Assembly: GCA_051362555.1 (NCBI GenBank)
Contig: CM120642.1
Location: 28,334,001 to 28,398,000 of the forward strand
DNA from: Lingula anatina
Taxonomy: Eukaryota; Animalia; Brachiopoda
Length of the DNA: 64,000 nucleotides
Direction: 5' to 3'
In this document: positions 27,988-39,895 of the stretch, piece by piece
Numbering within the stretch: the stretch's first letter is position 1
How the letters are laid out: the number at the start of each line of letters is the position of its first letter
Program-made: the position numbers and the translations under genes
The notes under the pieces: generated by a model
Databases searched by the model: none
Seen by the model: the letters and a program-made list of their open reading frames with translations, nothing else
What the model was told of the DNA's origin: nothing

Positions 27988-28976
27988 CTTGATAAATGAT
28001 GAGACAATAGCTGAAAGCCTTACTTATTTTTAGCATTTCTTTTGTCCATGCCAATCTGACAGTTTATATATATATCATAAACTTATTAACTAGTGACTTT
28101 ATTTCTCCTAAGCAATAGGTGTGTGCTGCAGTCTGTGCATTCTTTATAGAAGCCTTAGAATTAAATGCCCAACTTGATTTGATCTCTTTTATTTCATAAC
28201 AAAGTGAGATTCATTTTGATTAAGTCCTTGCACTCACACCAAAACAACCCAGAGCCAGTGAGTTAAATTCATACAAGGGCAAAACACTTCAGCTTGGTCA
28301 AATGCTTGTTTTGTTATAAAGAAGTTGCATTATATATAAAGACAGCATTAGCGATGCAGCTTATAAAGAGAGCTTTTAAAGTCTGCTTCATTATGCAGTT
28401 CACCAATTAGCAAACAAAATGAAGTGATCCAATTCCAAGTCATGCTTAATGCTGAAAGCATACCCCAGGAAAGAGTCCAGTTTTGTCTGCCAAAGCAATT
28501 AAGCAGCATACATGTCTTTATGGCAAAAAAATAATAATTCATCCACTACTTGTTGATCAAATGCTATATTATGAGTAAATACCATCTTTTCAGGGGGTAG
28601 TTCCCGAATATATTAGATAGCAAAATTCATTCAAAATCATGAGCTCTCTCTTATTTGTCACAATGTTAAAATGTAAAATCCTAAATGGATATAACAAAGA
28701 GGGATTCCTAACATGAAATGAGTAAATCGATAAATCAACCTCGAACTAAGGCTAAGCCAGCATAATGCTTTACTTCCGCTTCGTACCGATGATGTAATTA
28801 TCCATCAAAACAGAATCGAATACAACACTTTCGTGTATCGAAAGCAAGGGTCGCTTACCATTGTGTTCAGCAAATATATTCCCAGTGATGGGACCCGCGA
28901 TCTTCGACTCCTTGCCTTGTTTTGATTTCTGTTTGTTGGAACTCCCCTTCCCCTCCTTAGCTTGCTGGGCACCCAT
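2539..28976 (-). CDS. Abl: Abl non-receptor tyrosine-protein kinase, complete gene, 12 coding exons, ~1319 aa
   Basis: complement(join(28859-28976,15578-15757,9884-10182,9252-9447,8549-8625,8030-8114,7288-7465,6731-6915,5970-6122,5426-5515,5031-5165,2539-4802)) = 3960 nt. All introns are GT-AG and phases are consistent. Abl-family motifs: RWTSKENLL cap, [10 protein letters not shown]3, [31 protein letters not shown]2, [48 protein letters not shown]. Confidence 0.96.
5031..5165 (-). CDS. Abl: Abl exon 11 (post-kinase, PxxP and basic patch)
   Basis: ttttcag|AG GTG GAA AAA GAG CTA encodes EVEKEL...[11 protein letters not shown]. The donor TCA A|gtaggg was chosen because it restores frame with the last exon. 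Confidence 0.82.
5235..5277. repeat. (GT)n plus poly-G
   Basis: Directly visible. Confidence 0.9.
5426..5515 (-). CDS. Abl: Abl exon 10 (kinase end; absent from ORF track)
   Basis: gattag|GC TGG CAG ... GAG G|gtatgt; encodes [30 protein letters not shown]. Confidence 0.93.
5970..6122 (-). CDS. Abl: Abl exon 9
   Basis: ttttag|CC TTT GGG ... AAA T|gtgagt; encodes [19 protein letters not shown]...[17 protein letters not shown]. Confidence 0.95.
6731..6915 (-). CDS. Abl: Abl exon 8 (catalytic and activation loops)
   Basis: tttcag|A GAT CTT ... TGG G|gtaaga; encodes DLAARNCLV...DFGLARL...KWTAPE...SDVW. Confidence 0.96.
7288..7465 (-). CDS. Abl: Abl exon 7 (gatekeeper and hinge)
   Basis: tacag|GA GTG TGT ... 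CAC AG|gtgggt; encodes [16 protein letters not shown]...FIHR. Confidence 0.95.
8030..8114 (-). CDS. Abl: Abl exon 6 (alphaC helix; absent from ORF track)
   Basis: ttatag|GAG GAC ACC ATG ... TTA G|gtaaca; encodes [28 protein letters not shown]. Confidence 0.94.
8549..8625 (-). CDS. Abl: Abl exon 5 (kinase P-loop, VAVK)
   Basis: ttcag|GT GGA GGC ... TTG AAG|gtaaga; encodes [26 protein letters not shown]. Confidence 0.95.
8992..9153. mobile_element. MITE with 11-bp TIR and 5-bp TSD
   Basis: AGAGT|CTGGGGTAGCG ... CGCTACCCCAG|AGAGT in Abl intron 4. Confidence 0.8.
9252..9447 (-). CDS. Abl: Abl exon 4 (SH2 end and SH2-kinase linker)
   Basis: ccag|GTG TAT ... CTA G|gtaagg; encodes [20 protein letters not shown]...[16 protein letters not shown]. 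Confidence 0.95.
9884..10182 (-). CDS. Abl: Abl exon 3 (SH3 C-terminal part and SH2)
   Basis: ttccag|GA GAA CAA ... TCT AAG|gtaaaa; encodes [18 protein letters not shown]...GWVPSNYI...FLVRESE. Confidence 0.95.
10187..10283. repeat. Compound microsatellite (AATG)n/(AAAT)n/(GAA)n at the Abl exon 3 acceptor
   Basis: Directly visible; supplies the pyrimidine tract on the minus strand. Confidence 0.9.
15578..15757 (-). CDS. Abl: Abl exon 2 (N-cap and start of SH3)
   Basis: ttttcag|AG GCG TTG ... AAA G|gtaagg; encodes [10 protein letters not shown]...RWTSKENLL...[22 protein letters not shown]. Confidence 0.95.
16503..16670. mobile_element. MITE family A, copy 1 (5-bp TSD ACTGG)
   Basis: ACTGG|TAGGTGCAGATTTAG ... 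CTGGATCTGCCCCTG|ACTGG; homologous to 17656-17785 (inverted) and ~39765-39895. Confidence 0.75.
17656..17785. mobile_element. MITE family A, copy 2 (inverted relative to copy 1)
   Basis: GTATC|CAGGGGCAGATCCAG ... TTCTGCCCCTG|ATATC (4/5 TSD match); body is the reverse complement of copy 1. Confidence 0.75.
22535..22570. repeat. (GA)n microsatellite
   Basis: Directly visible. Confidence 0.9.
25561..25596. repeat. (TG)n microsatellite
   Basis: Directly visible. Confidence 0.9.
27953..27985. repeat. (TG)n microsatellite
   Basis: Directly visible. Confidence 0.9.
28859..28976 (-). CDS. Abl: Abl exon 1 (1b-type, Gly2 myristoylation N-terminus)
   Basis: [10 protein letters not shown]...NIFAEHN, then G|gtaagc donor. 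Resembles the Abl 1b N-terminus (MG...NVFVEH) and its phase 1 joins the EAL start of exon 2. Confidence 0.9.
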
Positions 28977-29164
28977 TCAAAATGATCGTCTGGCACTCTG
29001 GGCTACTGACTAACCCCACTCTGTGACCATCGCTCAAATATGCTTGGGAACAACGAGCCAAAGTATTCACACAAAAAACTTCTCCAGTATTTACGTCCCC
29101 ATTTGTTCCGGTTTTGAGAATTAAAAGAAATATTTTTACATATAAAAAATTTCTACTGCTGGCT

Positions 29165-29221
29165 CCGCCATTTCTAATACTAATTCTGGAAACGAGGCCA
29201 GCCACTTGCTACTACTTCCGG
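29165..29221 (-). promoter_or_regulatory. Putative Abl core promoter (ETS and YY1 motifs)
   Basis: Minus strand CCGGAAGT (29214-29221) followed about 40 bp downstream by AAATGGCGG (29165-29173), about 190-245 bp upstream of the ATG in a CpG-containing zone. Motif match only. Confidence 0.5.
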
Positions 29222-29800
29222 CTCTGTTCTGTGCAGGTGGTTGACATCTGAATGTTGTAGTTGAGATGACGCTGAGACGGAATTGTGATTGGTGATTGTG
29301 CTCTTGCGTCTTTGTACCATTTTGCAAAATAAATAAATTAATAAAATGGATGAAAAATAAATAAATAAATAAATCATAAGAATAATATCACTCAATCAGG
29401 AATAAATCACTTGCAAAATTCTAAATTTACATTGATTGCAAATAAAAAGGTCAAGTACATAAAAAATGTATCTAAAATTAAGTTAGGCTTATATATCGTA
29501 CAACAAAATGTGTATTTCCATAAATTTAGTGAGAAGTTCTGGACCTATACACGACAAAAGTCAGCTGATGACATGTCCCTGCATATCGAGTATGACCCAC
29601 CGCAAGGCTTAGTAGATACTAGTACGTCGTCAGCAGATTTTTTCCCCTTTTTTCGTGTCACGATGTTCATTGATGCATAAGTTAAAGTAAAGGGACTTAT
29701 GCAGCTGTGGTTCTGAGTGTCTTTAATCTTCTTCCAGTAAGTAGCACAGACAGAGCCGTCCATTTTGCTTATCTGACCCCTTCCGGCGCCGGGGCCGTAG

Positions 29801-29955
29801 CGATAGTCCGAAGGTTCAATAGTCCGAAGGTTCATTGGTCCGAATGTTCACTATAGAACCTTCGGACCAATGAACCCTTGATTAAAAAAATCGATGAAAA
29901 TGTTACCACTTTTCGGACCAATGAACCTTCGGACCAATGAACCTTCGGACTATCG
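29801..29955. repeat. Inverted array of 16-bp units (probable non-autonomous DNA transposon)
   Basis: About three GTCCGAAGGTTCA(T/A)T(G/A) units face about four TGAACCTTCGGACCAA units; ends CGATAGTCCGAAGGTTCA and TGAACCTTCGGACTATCG are exact reverse complements. Confidence 0.8.
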
Positions 29956-30009
29956 AGACGCCCTCAACAGATCGCTGTGTGACCCGTATGCGACTTACAA
30001 GTTGATCCG

Positions 30010-30160
30010 CGGACTAACAGATTCGTGGATCAAATATGGCTAACCCACTTGAAAGCTTGCCGTGTAGCCCCTCAAGGAATGTATTCAGTTTCTCTTAGGG
30101 GATTATGCGACAAGCTTTCAAGTGGGTCGGCTATATCTGATACCAGTATCTGTTAATCCA
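30010..30160. repeat. Imperfect palindrome (~70-bp arms)
   Basis: ACCCACTTGAAAGCTTG (30043-30059) pairs with CAAGCTTTCAAGTGGGT (30111-30127), and imperfect pairing extends on both sides. Confidence 0.7.
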
Positions 30161-30284
30161 TCTTCATCTTGTTCTGAGGGAGCACTAACTACTCCGCGTA
30201 TCAAATATGGCGCGCACTTGACAATGGATACCCGCCCCCCACGCGCACCGTCCCAGTGGGGGCAGAGCAATTAAACCACATTTT

Positions 30285-33200
30285 CAAGTGGGTGGCGACA
30301 TATTTTATTCGCGGATCCGTTAGTCTATAGATCAAATTGTTCTGAATGGGCCCTGAGTCTAAGTCATGACCCAGCGTTCTTGTTCTCCACAAGGTGATTA
30401 CATAATACGCGAGCCCTCAAACAGGCTTATTACAGTAGTGTTAACTGTGATAAGACAATGTATACAAGGATGCGAAAGGTCACTCAACAATATTTGTCGT
30501 GAACACGCCTCATTGTGTAGTGATATCAAGGTTGGTTGAACACCAGGTACGTTGAGTTTATCGATAATTTTGGCAATTTGTCTCTTTTACACACGGTACA
30601 CTTGCAATAAAATGTGCGCTGGTTACCTATACATTGGTTTCCTTCGTCCCCATCCCAAATGTGCTCATGAAATAAAGCACAGGTGCTGAGCTCATTTATG
30701 CCACGATTTAAATATTTATCGAAAGATTCATCAAAGTGGTAAGTTGAAGTAAGCTCAGCAATTGTGCTATATGTGGATCGTGGAAACATTTGGGACGAAA
30801 AAACGCGGAAGAAAACCAATGTGTATAGTTACTCGGTGCACATTTCAATTTAAGTATATTAGTTACTGAGTGGAAAAGAGACAAAAACAGAATATAATTA
30901 ATGTTCTCAATGTACTTTGTTCTTGAAAGTTCAACCTCCTTGAAATTACAGACGAGAAATTAACAGAAGCACGTATCTTTCTATGCCTTGAGAGAGGAAA
31001 ACCCGTAAAAAAGAGATGTGCCTGGATACATGTGTACAGGATCCAGAGAGGGCGTCGAGCTCTGCACATGTCGATGGAGGAGCAGGTTCTGATGCTCGTG
31101 GGAGAGTTTCAAAAGACATGTCGGGATGTGAGCGCCTAACAGTAACCGAGACTCGAGCTCCAGACGGGGGGTGGGGTTGGATGTGTGTTTTAGGGTTTTT
31201 TACTGTGAACATTCTCGGAGCTGGCATGGACAGGACGTTTGGAGTAATCTACCTTATTCTGATTGATATGTTTGGTTCTAGTGCCAAATTAACAGGAGGC
31301 ATCTTGTCGGTCTTTTCTACGTGTCGTTATTGTCTAGGTGAGTACCTGTTTTAAACCGTTTTATTTTAACTGTACATGTACATACTAGTGCTGTTACAAT
31401 TAAATAGCACAAATAATAATTCAAGCACCCGTTCGCATTTATAAGCCAACAAGGAACTTGAATATAACAAGCTTTTACATGTGTCGTAGCACAGCAAGTC
31501 TATAGGCCTTCCTTTTGTATAATCTATCATTTTGCAAACCAGGCCATATTTTGCCGCATGCTCTACATACTAATTAAGTGTTTAAGCTTGTTGTTAGTTC
31601 GTTAAAGACGCAAGATAAGCCAAATAATTTACTAGAGAATTACAAAAGTGAAGAAATTTAAAACGTAAGAAAATTATATAATAAATTTGTTGTGTATAGG
31701 TCCGGTAAGCAGTTCCCTGGCCAATCTGTTCACAGTCCGGAAGGTGGTAATAAGCGGTGGTGTATTAAGCAGTCTGGGTCTGATACTAAGTGCCTTCCCA
31801 CCTAATATCTACTACCTGTTCTTTACCTTCGGAATAGTTGCAGGTAGGCTTTGATGGCATGTTTAAGGTTTGAAGACATAATTTGCAACTTTTACTGAAA
31901 CATAAACATCCAAAATCATTTTAAAATGATGGAATATAAGATGGCCCCAGTTTGCAGGACCAAATGAATGAACGTGGGTCATAATTTCATACCAAATATT
32001 TTTTTTAATATCTGAAGTGGTATGATTTTCGTCTTTTAAAACTTAAACTTCTAATATTAATAACTGAAAATAATGAAGACGACCTCTGTTTCAGGACCGA
32101 ATGATGAATGCATTATTTGAAATACCATAAATCATTTGTTTCATTTTTCTTACATATGAAGTTATTATTACCCACGCCACTCCATGATGCTAGAATGATT
32201 ATCATTGCTATTTTATAAAAGCTGCAGAAGTATATGTCATGCCTTTCCAGGAATTGGAGCTGCTTTTGGCGCTACCCCTAGTGCAGTGATTGTGGGGCAG
32301 TATTTCCACAAAAAGCGTGCACTTGCCAACAGTATTGCCTCCATGGGTGCTGGGATAGGTTCCTTGGTTCTACCGCCGTTTCTAACTTATCTGGTATATC
32401 ACTACGACTATAGTGGCCAGATGCTCATCATGGGGGCTATCATGTTGAACCAAGTGGTAGGCGGCGCCCTCTTTAGACCTCTGACTCCCAAGAGAAAGCA
32501 CGAAGGAAACATACCTTCTACAACGACAAGAAATATAAAGGAATGTTCTGAACCTAATGGCAATCCCAAGACTGTTAATGAAATGAAACAGACGGAAGAT
32601 TCCCAAACATTTGACATTACAACAGCTGTTAAATTGGAAACTATTTTGCGTCACAAAACTTTAACAGCAGTGACAGGAACAAGTGAATGCCCAAAATCAC
32701 TGCCAGATACATTCCCTGAGAGTACACAGGAGGAAAAGTGTTCACAAAGATTGGGAAATCCTGCCAAGAAAAGCCCAATCTGGGAGAGAAATGCGGTACT
32801 CCGTGAACTACGCGTATATGGTAATCTTCTAAAAGATGCCCGCTTTTTGACCTTTGCGTTGAACTGGACTTGTCTAGCTATGGGTCCTTCAACAGGTCTA
32901 ATGTTCCTTGGTGCAATAGCAGAAGAGCACGGTGTACCACGAAGTCAGTCGCCACTCCTTTATTCCATACAAGGTATATTTGATATTGCATCCAGGATGA
33001 TGGTAGCTCTTCTGTGTGACCGCACGTGGCTAAGACGGCAGCGACATCATGTGTACAACATCAGTTTTGTGATCTTGGGCGTTGTTCTATGTATTGTTCC
33101 AGAAGGAAGAACGTTTCTCCAGTTTGCTGCTTGTGCATCGTTCATGGGCATGTTTCAAGGGATGATAATGTCACTGAGCTTCACTGTGATTGTTGACGTG

Positions 33201-34340
33201 TTTGGGCCAGATATGTTGAAACACACCTATGGGTTAAGTTATTTCTTTTGTAGTGTTGGTACCCTGTGTGCACCATCAACGGCCGGTAAGTTAACTCTGT
33301 CGCTGGTTTGGAAATCATCACACTGCATGAAATGTCACATTGATTAATTTAGTTTTCAACTCTGTTATAGATTTACAATTTTAGTTTAATTACATCTTTC
33401 TCTCTTAGAGACTTAATTCAGAGTAACTTACAATAAGATAAGTAAGCCTGAATTGTAAATATTATATTTATGCGACAAGCTTTTTGGAATAATTTAATTG
33501 CCGTATTCATTTTCTCATTCAGGATTGCTTAAGGACGAATACGGGACGTACCGCTACCCATTTTATTTCGCAGGGTGGTGGTGCTTCGCTGGAGCTGGTG
33601 CCTTTCTTTTGAATACCTATCTCAACAGGAAGGCAAACAAAAGCCACGAGAGAAAAATAAACTTTTAGAAATTAAGAAACTATTATTTGTAATATGTTTA
33701 AGTCTTATTGAAAAAAATCAATACCATCAGCATGATTCTGATCTTACACTTATACCTCTTAATATCAATCAAAATAATTTAACTTTTATCTGCCTACCCT
33801 CTGTTAGGCAAGGTTGGGTCTTCCCACTTTACTTCATCATGACAGCAAACTTAGTCACAGTTCTCTATTTGCGAGTGTTTTTTACACAAACACAATGTTC
33901 TGATATTAACCATACTGAGCACGAATTGGAGTGTGCCATGCAGAGGAAAACAAACCTCTTATATCTGGACCAATCTCTTTAGGAAGAATGGGACAATATC
34001 CCACGGAACAGAATTGTCAAGTTGGACCGTCTACGGGAGAAAATAGACACACACGCCATTAGACAAGTGGGCTTTAACAAGCACATCCTAATGCTAATTG
34101 TATATAAATCTATTAAATCTTAATAAGTAAACATTTATTTACTTCTATGGAAATCACAGTGAAATATCGGATTTGAGAAGGCACATGTTATAAATGAATA
34201 AATGATATTAAAGATGGATATATTCACGGCTATTTTGTATTTTCTGTAGCATTAATCATGTTAGTTACGGTATTGGGAATAAAAATCACTATTCATAACA
34301 ATTAACATCTGTGATTTGTAAAAAAAACACATGAAACTGG
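30285..34340 (+). repeat. Segmental duplication unit, copy 1 (paralog 1 plus flanks)
   Basis: Upstream, intronic and 3' non-coding sequence aligns by eye with ~35760-39625. Confidence 0.8.
31016..33668 (+). CDS. SLC16/monocarboxylate transporter-family MFS permease, paralog 1 (~548 aa)
   Basis: join(31016-31337,31700-31843,32251-33285,33523-33668), GT-AG with all introns phase 1. SLC16 signatures APDGGWGW, YFHKKRALANSIA, ALFRP, TM8 DIASR. Start codon inferred. Confidence 0.9.
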
Positions 34341-35759
34341 AGGGAGGCAACCTTTTTGACGAAGACTGTGAACAGTTCACAAAAGTCTTTATTCTGCGCT
34401 TACTTAGTGTCACAGTCACATATTATCCATAAAAAGAAAACGTTGACGCCTTACCTATACACCTCTATGCTTTTACTGCAATTCTGTAATAAATAATAAA
34501 AGTACTGATTACAACCTTATTTCACTCGTTATATTACAACCTAAGCCCCCTGGTTATATAACACTCGTTTACACTTGCTACAATTATCTAAATGCAGTCG
34601 TTATTTATCCTGTAAATATTTTCTGACAAGGCATTACATTTTGATATTACCTTAGTTTACAAGATAAAACAAACCATTTCATCTGTTTTTAACGTTACTT
34701 TACAACAAAAGAGCAATACCCTGAACGTTAAAGGCGTATCTCCACTGAAATTCAACATCATGCAAGCGAAACAACACTGATCCCGACATCTCACAAATTG
34801 TTTCCGAAGAATAAATGTAACGGCGCTTAACAATAAATATGTTAATAATGTGAATTTGAACATGCAATGAAAGGGAAGGCTAAAACTAGTACTACTTTAA
34901 TGAAATGTCACCTTTAACTATATAAACATGTGCAAAATAAAACTATATAATTATTCTGAATTAGTTTGCCGCAAAGTAAACGTGGAGACAAAGCTGTAAC
35001 ATGTACAGACAAATAGCAAAAATAATGATGCTCAAAATATGTTATTTTGTCAATTTTGGTGCCATATTACATAATGTTTGACGATAAAATCAACACCAAA
35101 TCTTAATTATGCGCAACAAGTAACACGGATATTACGAACATGTAACTAGCATTAGTCTTCAGGCCCATGAGAGTTCAAAGTCACTTTTTGAAATGCCACA
35201 ATGAGAAAAATGAACTGTAAAAAATAAATTGCTTCAGGAAAAATAATAATCCAATCAAGCTGGTTTCCAATTAGAGGTATATGTCAGTCCTAAGAATCAT
35301 TCTTGTTAATTACAAAATAATAAATAACACATTTTCTTTTCATATCGTTTGTGGTGGCAGTGCACAAAGTAGGTTTTATTTGGAGTGAATACCACATTAG
35401 TGTCAAAACACCAATTGTAGTCATCGACGACAACCTGCACCAGATCAAATAGAGGAATAATCTGGGAACCACTTGACTATCATTTGATAGGGGGCACCTT
35501 AGGAACAATTTTAGGTTGCACGGTGAGACTGTCAGTTCACACAGATCACTTTTAATAGCAGATAACTTACAGAACCAAGGGAATGAGTAGCTTCCTTGGC
35601 CATCAAAATCGCGATATTTGAATCACACAAACAATATGTGGGTAGGCCATTACTCGCCAAATCAACGGCCTACATATTCTACAACAAAGCTTGACCAAAT
35701 TGGACAAGTTTTACCGATGCCTGGAATGTTATTCTAGACTGAATCTCGGCGGCACACCT

Positions 35760-38700
35760 TTAAATGGGTGGCGCCATTTTTGATCCGCATATCTGTAAGT
35801 CAGCAAATCAAATTGTTCTGAACGGGCCATGAGTCTAATTCATGACCTTGCGGTCTTGTCCTCCGCAAGGTGATAAAAGGTTACTTGATATACGAGCACT
35901 CAAACAGGCGTATCAGTGTCACCTGTGATAAGACAATGTATACATGTATAAAAGGATACGAAAGGATACTCAACAACATTTGTCCTGAACAGGCTTACTT
36001 GTGTAGTGAAATCAAGGCTGGTTGAACACTCAGTACGTTGAGTTTATTGATAATTTTGGCACTTAGTCTTTTTTACACACGGTACACTTAAATTAAATGT
36101 GCGCCGGTTACCTACACATTGTTTTTCTTCGTCTTCGTTCCAATTGTGCGGATGAAACATAGCACAGGCGCTGAGGATCTATGTCCCGATTTTGGTGTGT
36201 ATTGAAAGATCATCAAATTGGGGCATAAAAGTAAGCTCAGCATCTGGGGTACAAATGGGACGAAATCACGCCGGAGGAGAGCCAATGTGCATAGTGGTGC
36301 ACATATCAATTACAGTATACAAAGTAACTGTGTGTAAAAGAGAAAAAACGGAATAATCAATGTACTCAACGTACTTCGTTGTTGGAAGCTCAACCCCCCT
36401 TGAAATGAAAAACGAGAAATTAGCAAAAGCATGTGTAGACGCATCTTCTTATGTTTTAATGGACGAAAGGAAGTGAACCTGTAAGGAATAAGAGATGCAC
36501 ATTGGGACAAACGCGCATGACTCACAAGTGGCGTCGGGCTGTGCGAAAGTCGATGTAGGGACGGACACTGATGCTCGCGGGCGTACATCAGAAGAGATGT
36601 CCAGTTGTGAGCAATTTGAGACAGAAACTGAGACTCGAGCTCCAGACGGGGGGTGGGGTTGGATGTGTGTTTTAGGATGTTTTACCGTGAATACTCTCGG
36701 AGTTGGCATGGACAGGACGTTTGGAGTAATCTACCTTATTCTGATTGATATGTTTGGTTCTAGTGCCAAATTGACAGGAGGGGTCTTGTCGGTATTTTCT
36801 ACATGTCGCTATTGTCTAGGTGAGTACCTTAGTGACGATTGTAAAGTTACTTCGTGACAATATATAATTATTTTAACTGTACATGTAGATACTAATTGCT
36901 GTAACAACCAAATAGCACAAATAAGAAATGAAGCACCCATTCGCATTTATAAGTTTACAAGGAACTTGAATATAACAAGCTTCTACATATGTCGCACAAA
37001 AGCAAATCTACAGGCAGTCGTCTTCTATCATTTTGCAAACCGAGCCCATTTTTGCCGCATGTTCTATATACTAAGGGTTTAAACTTGTCGTTAGTTGATT
37101 ACTAATCATAATGTAATAAAAAATGTATATAAAGTAAAAACCTGAAAACATGATTCATTGATCATGAATGAATAAAAAATCAATTTTTTTGTGGATAGGT
37201 CCAGTAAGCAGTTCCCTGGCCAATATGTTCACAGCCAGGAAAGTGGTAATGAGCGGTGGTTTATTAAGCAGTCTGGGTCTGATACTTAGTGCCTTCCCAC
37301 CAAATATCTACTACCTGTTCTTTTCTTTTGGACTAGTTGCAGGTAGGCTTCGATGGCATGCTTAAGGTTTGAAGACATAATTTCCATCTTTTGAAACCTA
37401 AACATCTCATAACATCCAGCACATTTTACAATGGTGGAAAATAAGATGGCGCCAGTTTGCAGGACCAAATGATGAATGCATTATTTGAAATACCATAAAT
37501 CATTTGTTTCATTTTTCTTATATACATATGAAGTTATTATTACCCACGCCTGTCCATGGTGCTAGAATGATTATCATTGTTATTTTATAAAAGCTGAAGT
37601 ATATGTCATGCTTTCCAGGAATAGGAGCTGCTCTTTGCGCTACCCCTAGTGCAGTGATCGTGGGGCAGTATTTCCACAAAAAGCGTGCACTTGCCAACAG
37701 TATTGCCTCCATGGGAGCCGGGATAGGTTCCTTGGTTCTACCGCCGTTCCTAACTTATCTAGTATATCACTACGACTATAGTGGTCAGATGCTCATTATG
37801 GGGGCTATCATGCTGAACCAAGTGGTAGGCGGCGCCCTCTTTAGACCTTTGTTTCCCAAGAGAAACCATGAAGAACAGATACTTTCTACAACGAAAAGAA
37901 ATGTTAAAGAATGCTCTAGAATTAATGGCAATCCCAAAACTATTCATGAAATGAAACAGTCGAAAGTTGGAGATGATAAGTTGGAAATGAAGCAAACTAT
38001 TTTGGGTCACAAAAATTCATCAGCAGGAACAAGTGCATGCCCAAAATTACCGCCATATACATTCCCAAAATGTACACAGGAGGGAAAGCGTTCAAAAACA
38101 TTTGGAAATCCTGTCAAGAAAAGCTCAATTTGGAAAACAAATGCGGTACTCCATGAACTACGCGTATATGGTAATCTTCTAAAAAATGTCCGTTTTCTGA
38201 CCTTTGCGTTGAACTGGACTTGTCTAGCTATGGGTCCACCAACAGGACTTATGTTCCTTGGTGCAATAGCCGAGGAGCACGGTGTACCACGAAGTCAGTC
38301 GCCACTCCTTTATTCCATACAAGGTATATCTGATATTGCATCCAGGGTAATGGTAGCTTTTCTGTGTGACCGCACGTGGCTAAGACGGCGGCGACATCAT
38401 GTGTACAACATCAGTTTTGTGATTTTGGGCGTTGTGCTATGTATTGTTCCAGAAGGAAGAACGTTTCCCCAGTTTGCTGCTTGTGCATCGTTCATGGGCA
38501 TGTCTCAAGGGATGATCATGTCACTGAGCTATACGGTGATTGTTGACGTCTTTGGTCCAGATATGTTGAAACACACCTATGGGTTAGGTTATTTCTTTTA
38601 TAGTGTTGGTACCCTGTGTGCACCATCAACGGCCGGTAAGTTAACTCTGTCGCTGGTTTGGATATGTTTATCTGTCACTGGTTTGGATATATTAATTTAA

Positions 38701-39625
38701 ATCATCATTATACTGCACGAAATGCCACAACGATTAATTTAGTTTTCATCTCTGTTATAGATTTACAATTTTAGTTTAATAACATCTTTCTCTCTTCGAC
38801 ACTTCGAGCTGCCATGGCTACCTAAAAGTTTGGGAAGATAATAACGACACTAGGCACCCTTCAGATAAACTTTTATGTGTGGATTGTTATCGTGTTTAGG
38901 GTCTGGATAGGATAGTATATGAAGAGAATTTGTAGAGTACCATTAACTTCCATAACAAAATAAAAAATTTACTTTTTTTGGAATAATTTAATTACCGTAT
39001 TCCTTTTTTCATTCAGGATTGCTCAAGGACGAATACGGGACGTACCGCTACCCATTTTATTTCGCAGGATGGTGGTGCTTCGCTGGAGGTGGGGCCTTTC
39101 TTTTGAATACCTATCTCAACAGGAAGGCAAGCGAAAACCAGGAGAGAAAAATAAACTTTTAGAAATTAAGAAACTATTATTTGTAATATGTTTAAGTTTT
39201 ATTGAAAAAAAAACAAACCTCTATCTCTTTAGGAAGAATGGGACAATATCCCACGGAACAGAGTTATCAATCTCGTTGAATGCAAGCTAGACCGCCTACG
39301 GGAGAAAATTGCACTATGCGGTAGACACACACGCCATTAGACAAGTGGGCTTTAACGAGCACATCCTGATTCTAATTGTGTGTAAATCTGTTAATTCTTA
39401 TTAAATAAACATTTATTTACTTCTATGGAAATCACAGTGAAATATCGGATTCGAGAAGGTACATGTGATAAATGAATTAATGGTATTAAAGATGGATATA
39501 TTCACGGCTATTTTGTATTTTCTGTAGCATTAATCACGTTAGTTACGGTATTGGGAATAAAAATCACTATTCATAACAATTTACATCTGTGATGTAATCA
39601 TTTAAAAAAAAAGCACATGAAACTG
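35760..39625 (+). repeat. Segmental duplication unit, copy 2 (paralog 2 plus flanks)
   Basis: Shared non-coding blocks such as atcaaattgttctgaa, ttctatggaaatcacagtgaaatatcggatt and cacatgaaactgg. Confidence 0.8.
36495..39162 (+). CDS. SLC16/MCT-family transporter, paralog 2 (~543 aa)
   Basis: join(36495-36819,37199-37342,37619-38635,39017-39162); same motifs and phases, open throughout. Confidence 0.9.
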
Positions 39626-39764
39626 GGTGGATACGATTAACAACCACGTGTCGAAAAAAGAAGGTTCTACGTCTATCTTTTCATATCTTTTTATTTATGT
39701 AGAAGTAACGATTCCTTTCTTTGTCATGAAATGGACTTTTAACACCAACTTTTTCATTCATTCC

Positions 39765-39895
39765 TAAAGACGGTTAGATGTCCAAGTTCACATTGGGTAT
39801 CTAATCTTTTCTGTCGGAAGACGGTAAAAGATGGAAAATGGATCAACAAAGATAATTTGTAAGACTGTCAGAAAATATCTCTGGATCCGCCCTTG
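39765..39895. mobile_element. MITE family A, copy 3 (partial)
   Basis: GACGGTTAGATG...CTGTCGGAAGACGGTAAAAG...GACTGTCAGAAAATATCTCTGGATCCGCCCTTG matches copy 1; left end not seen. Confidence 0.7.
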
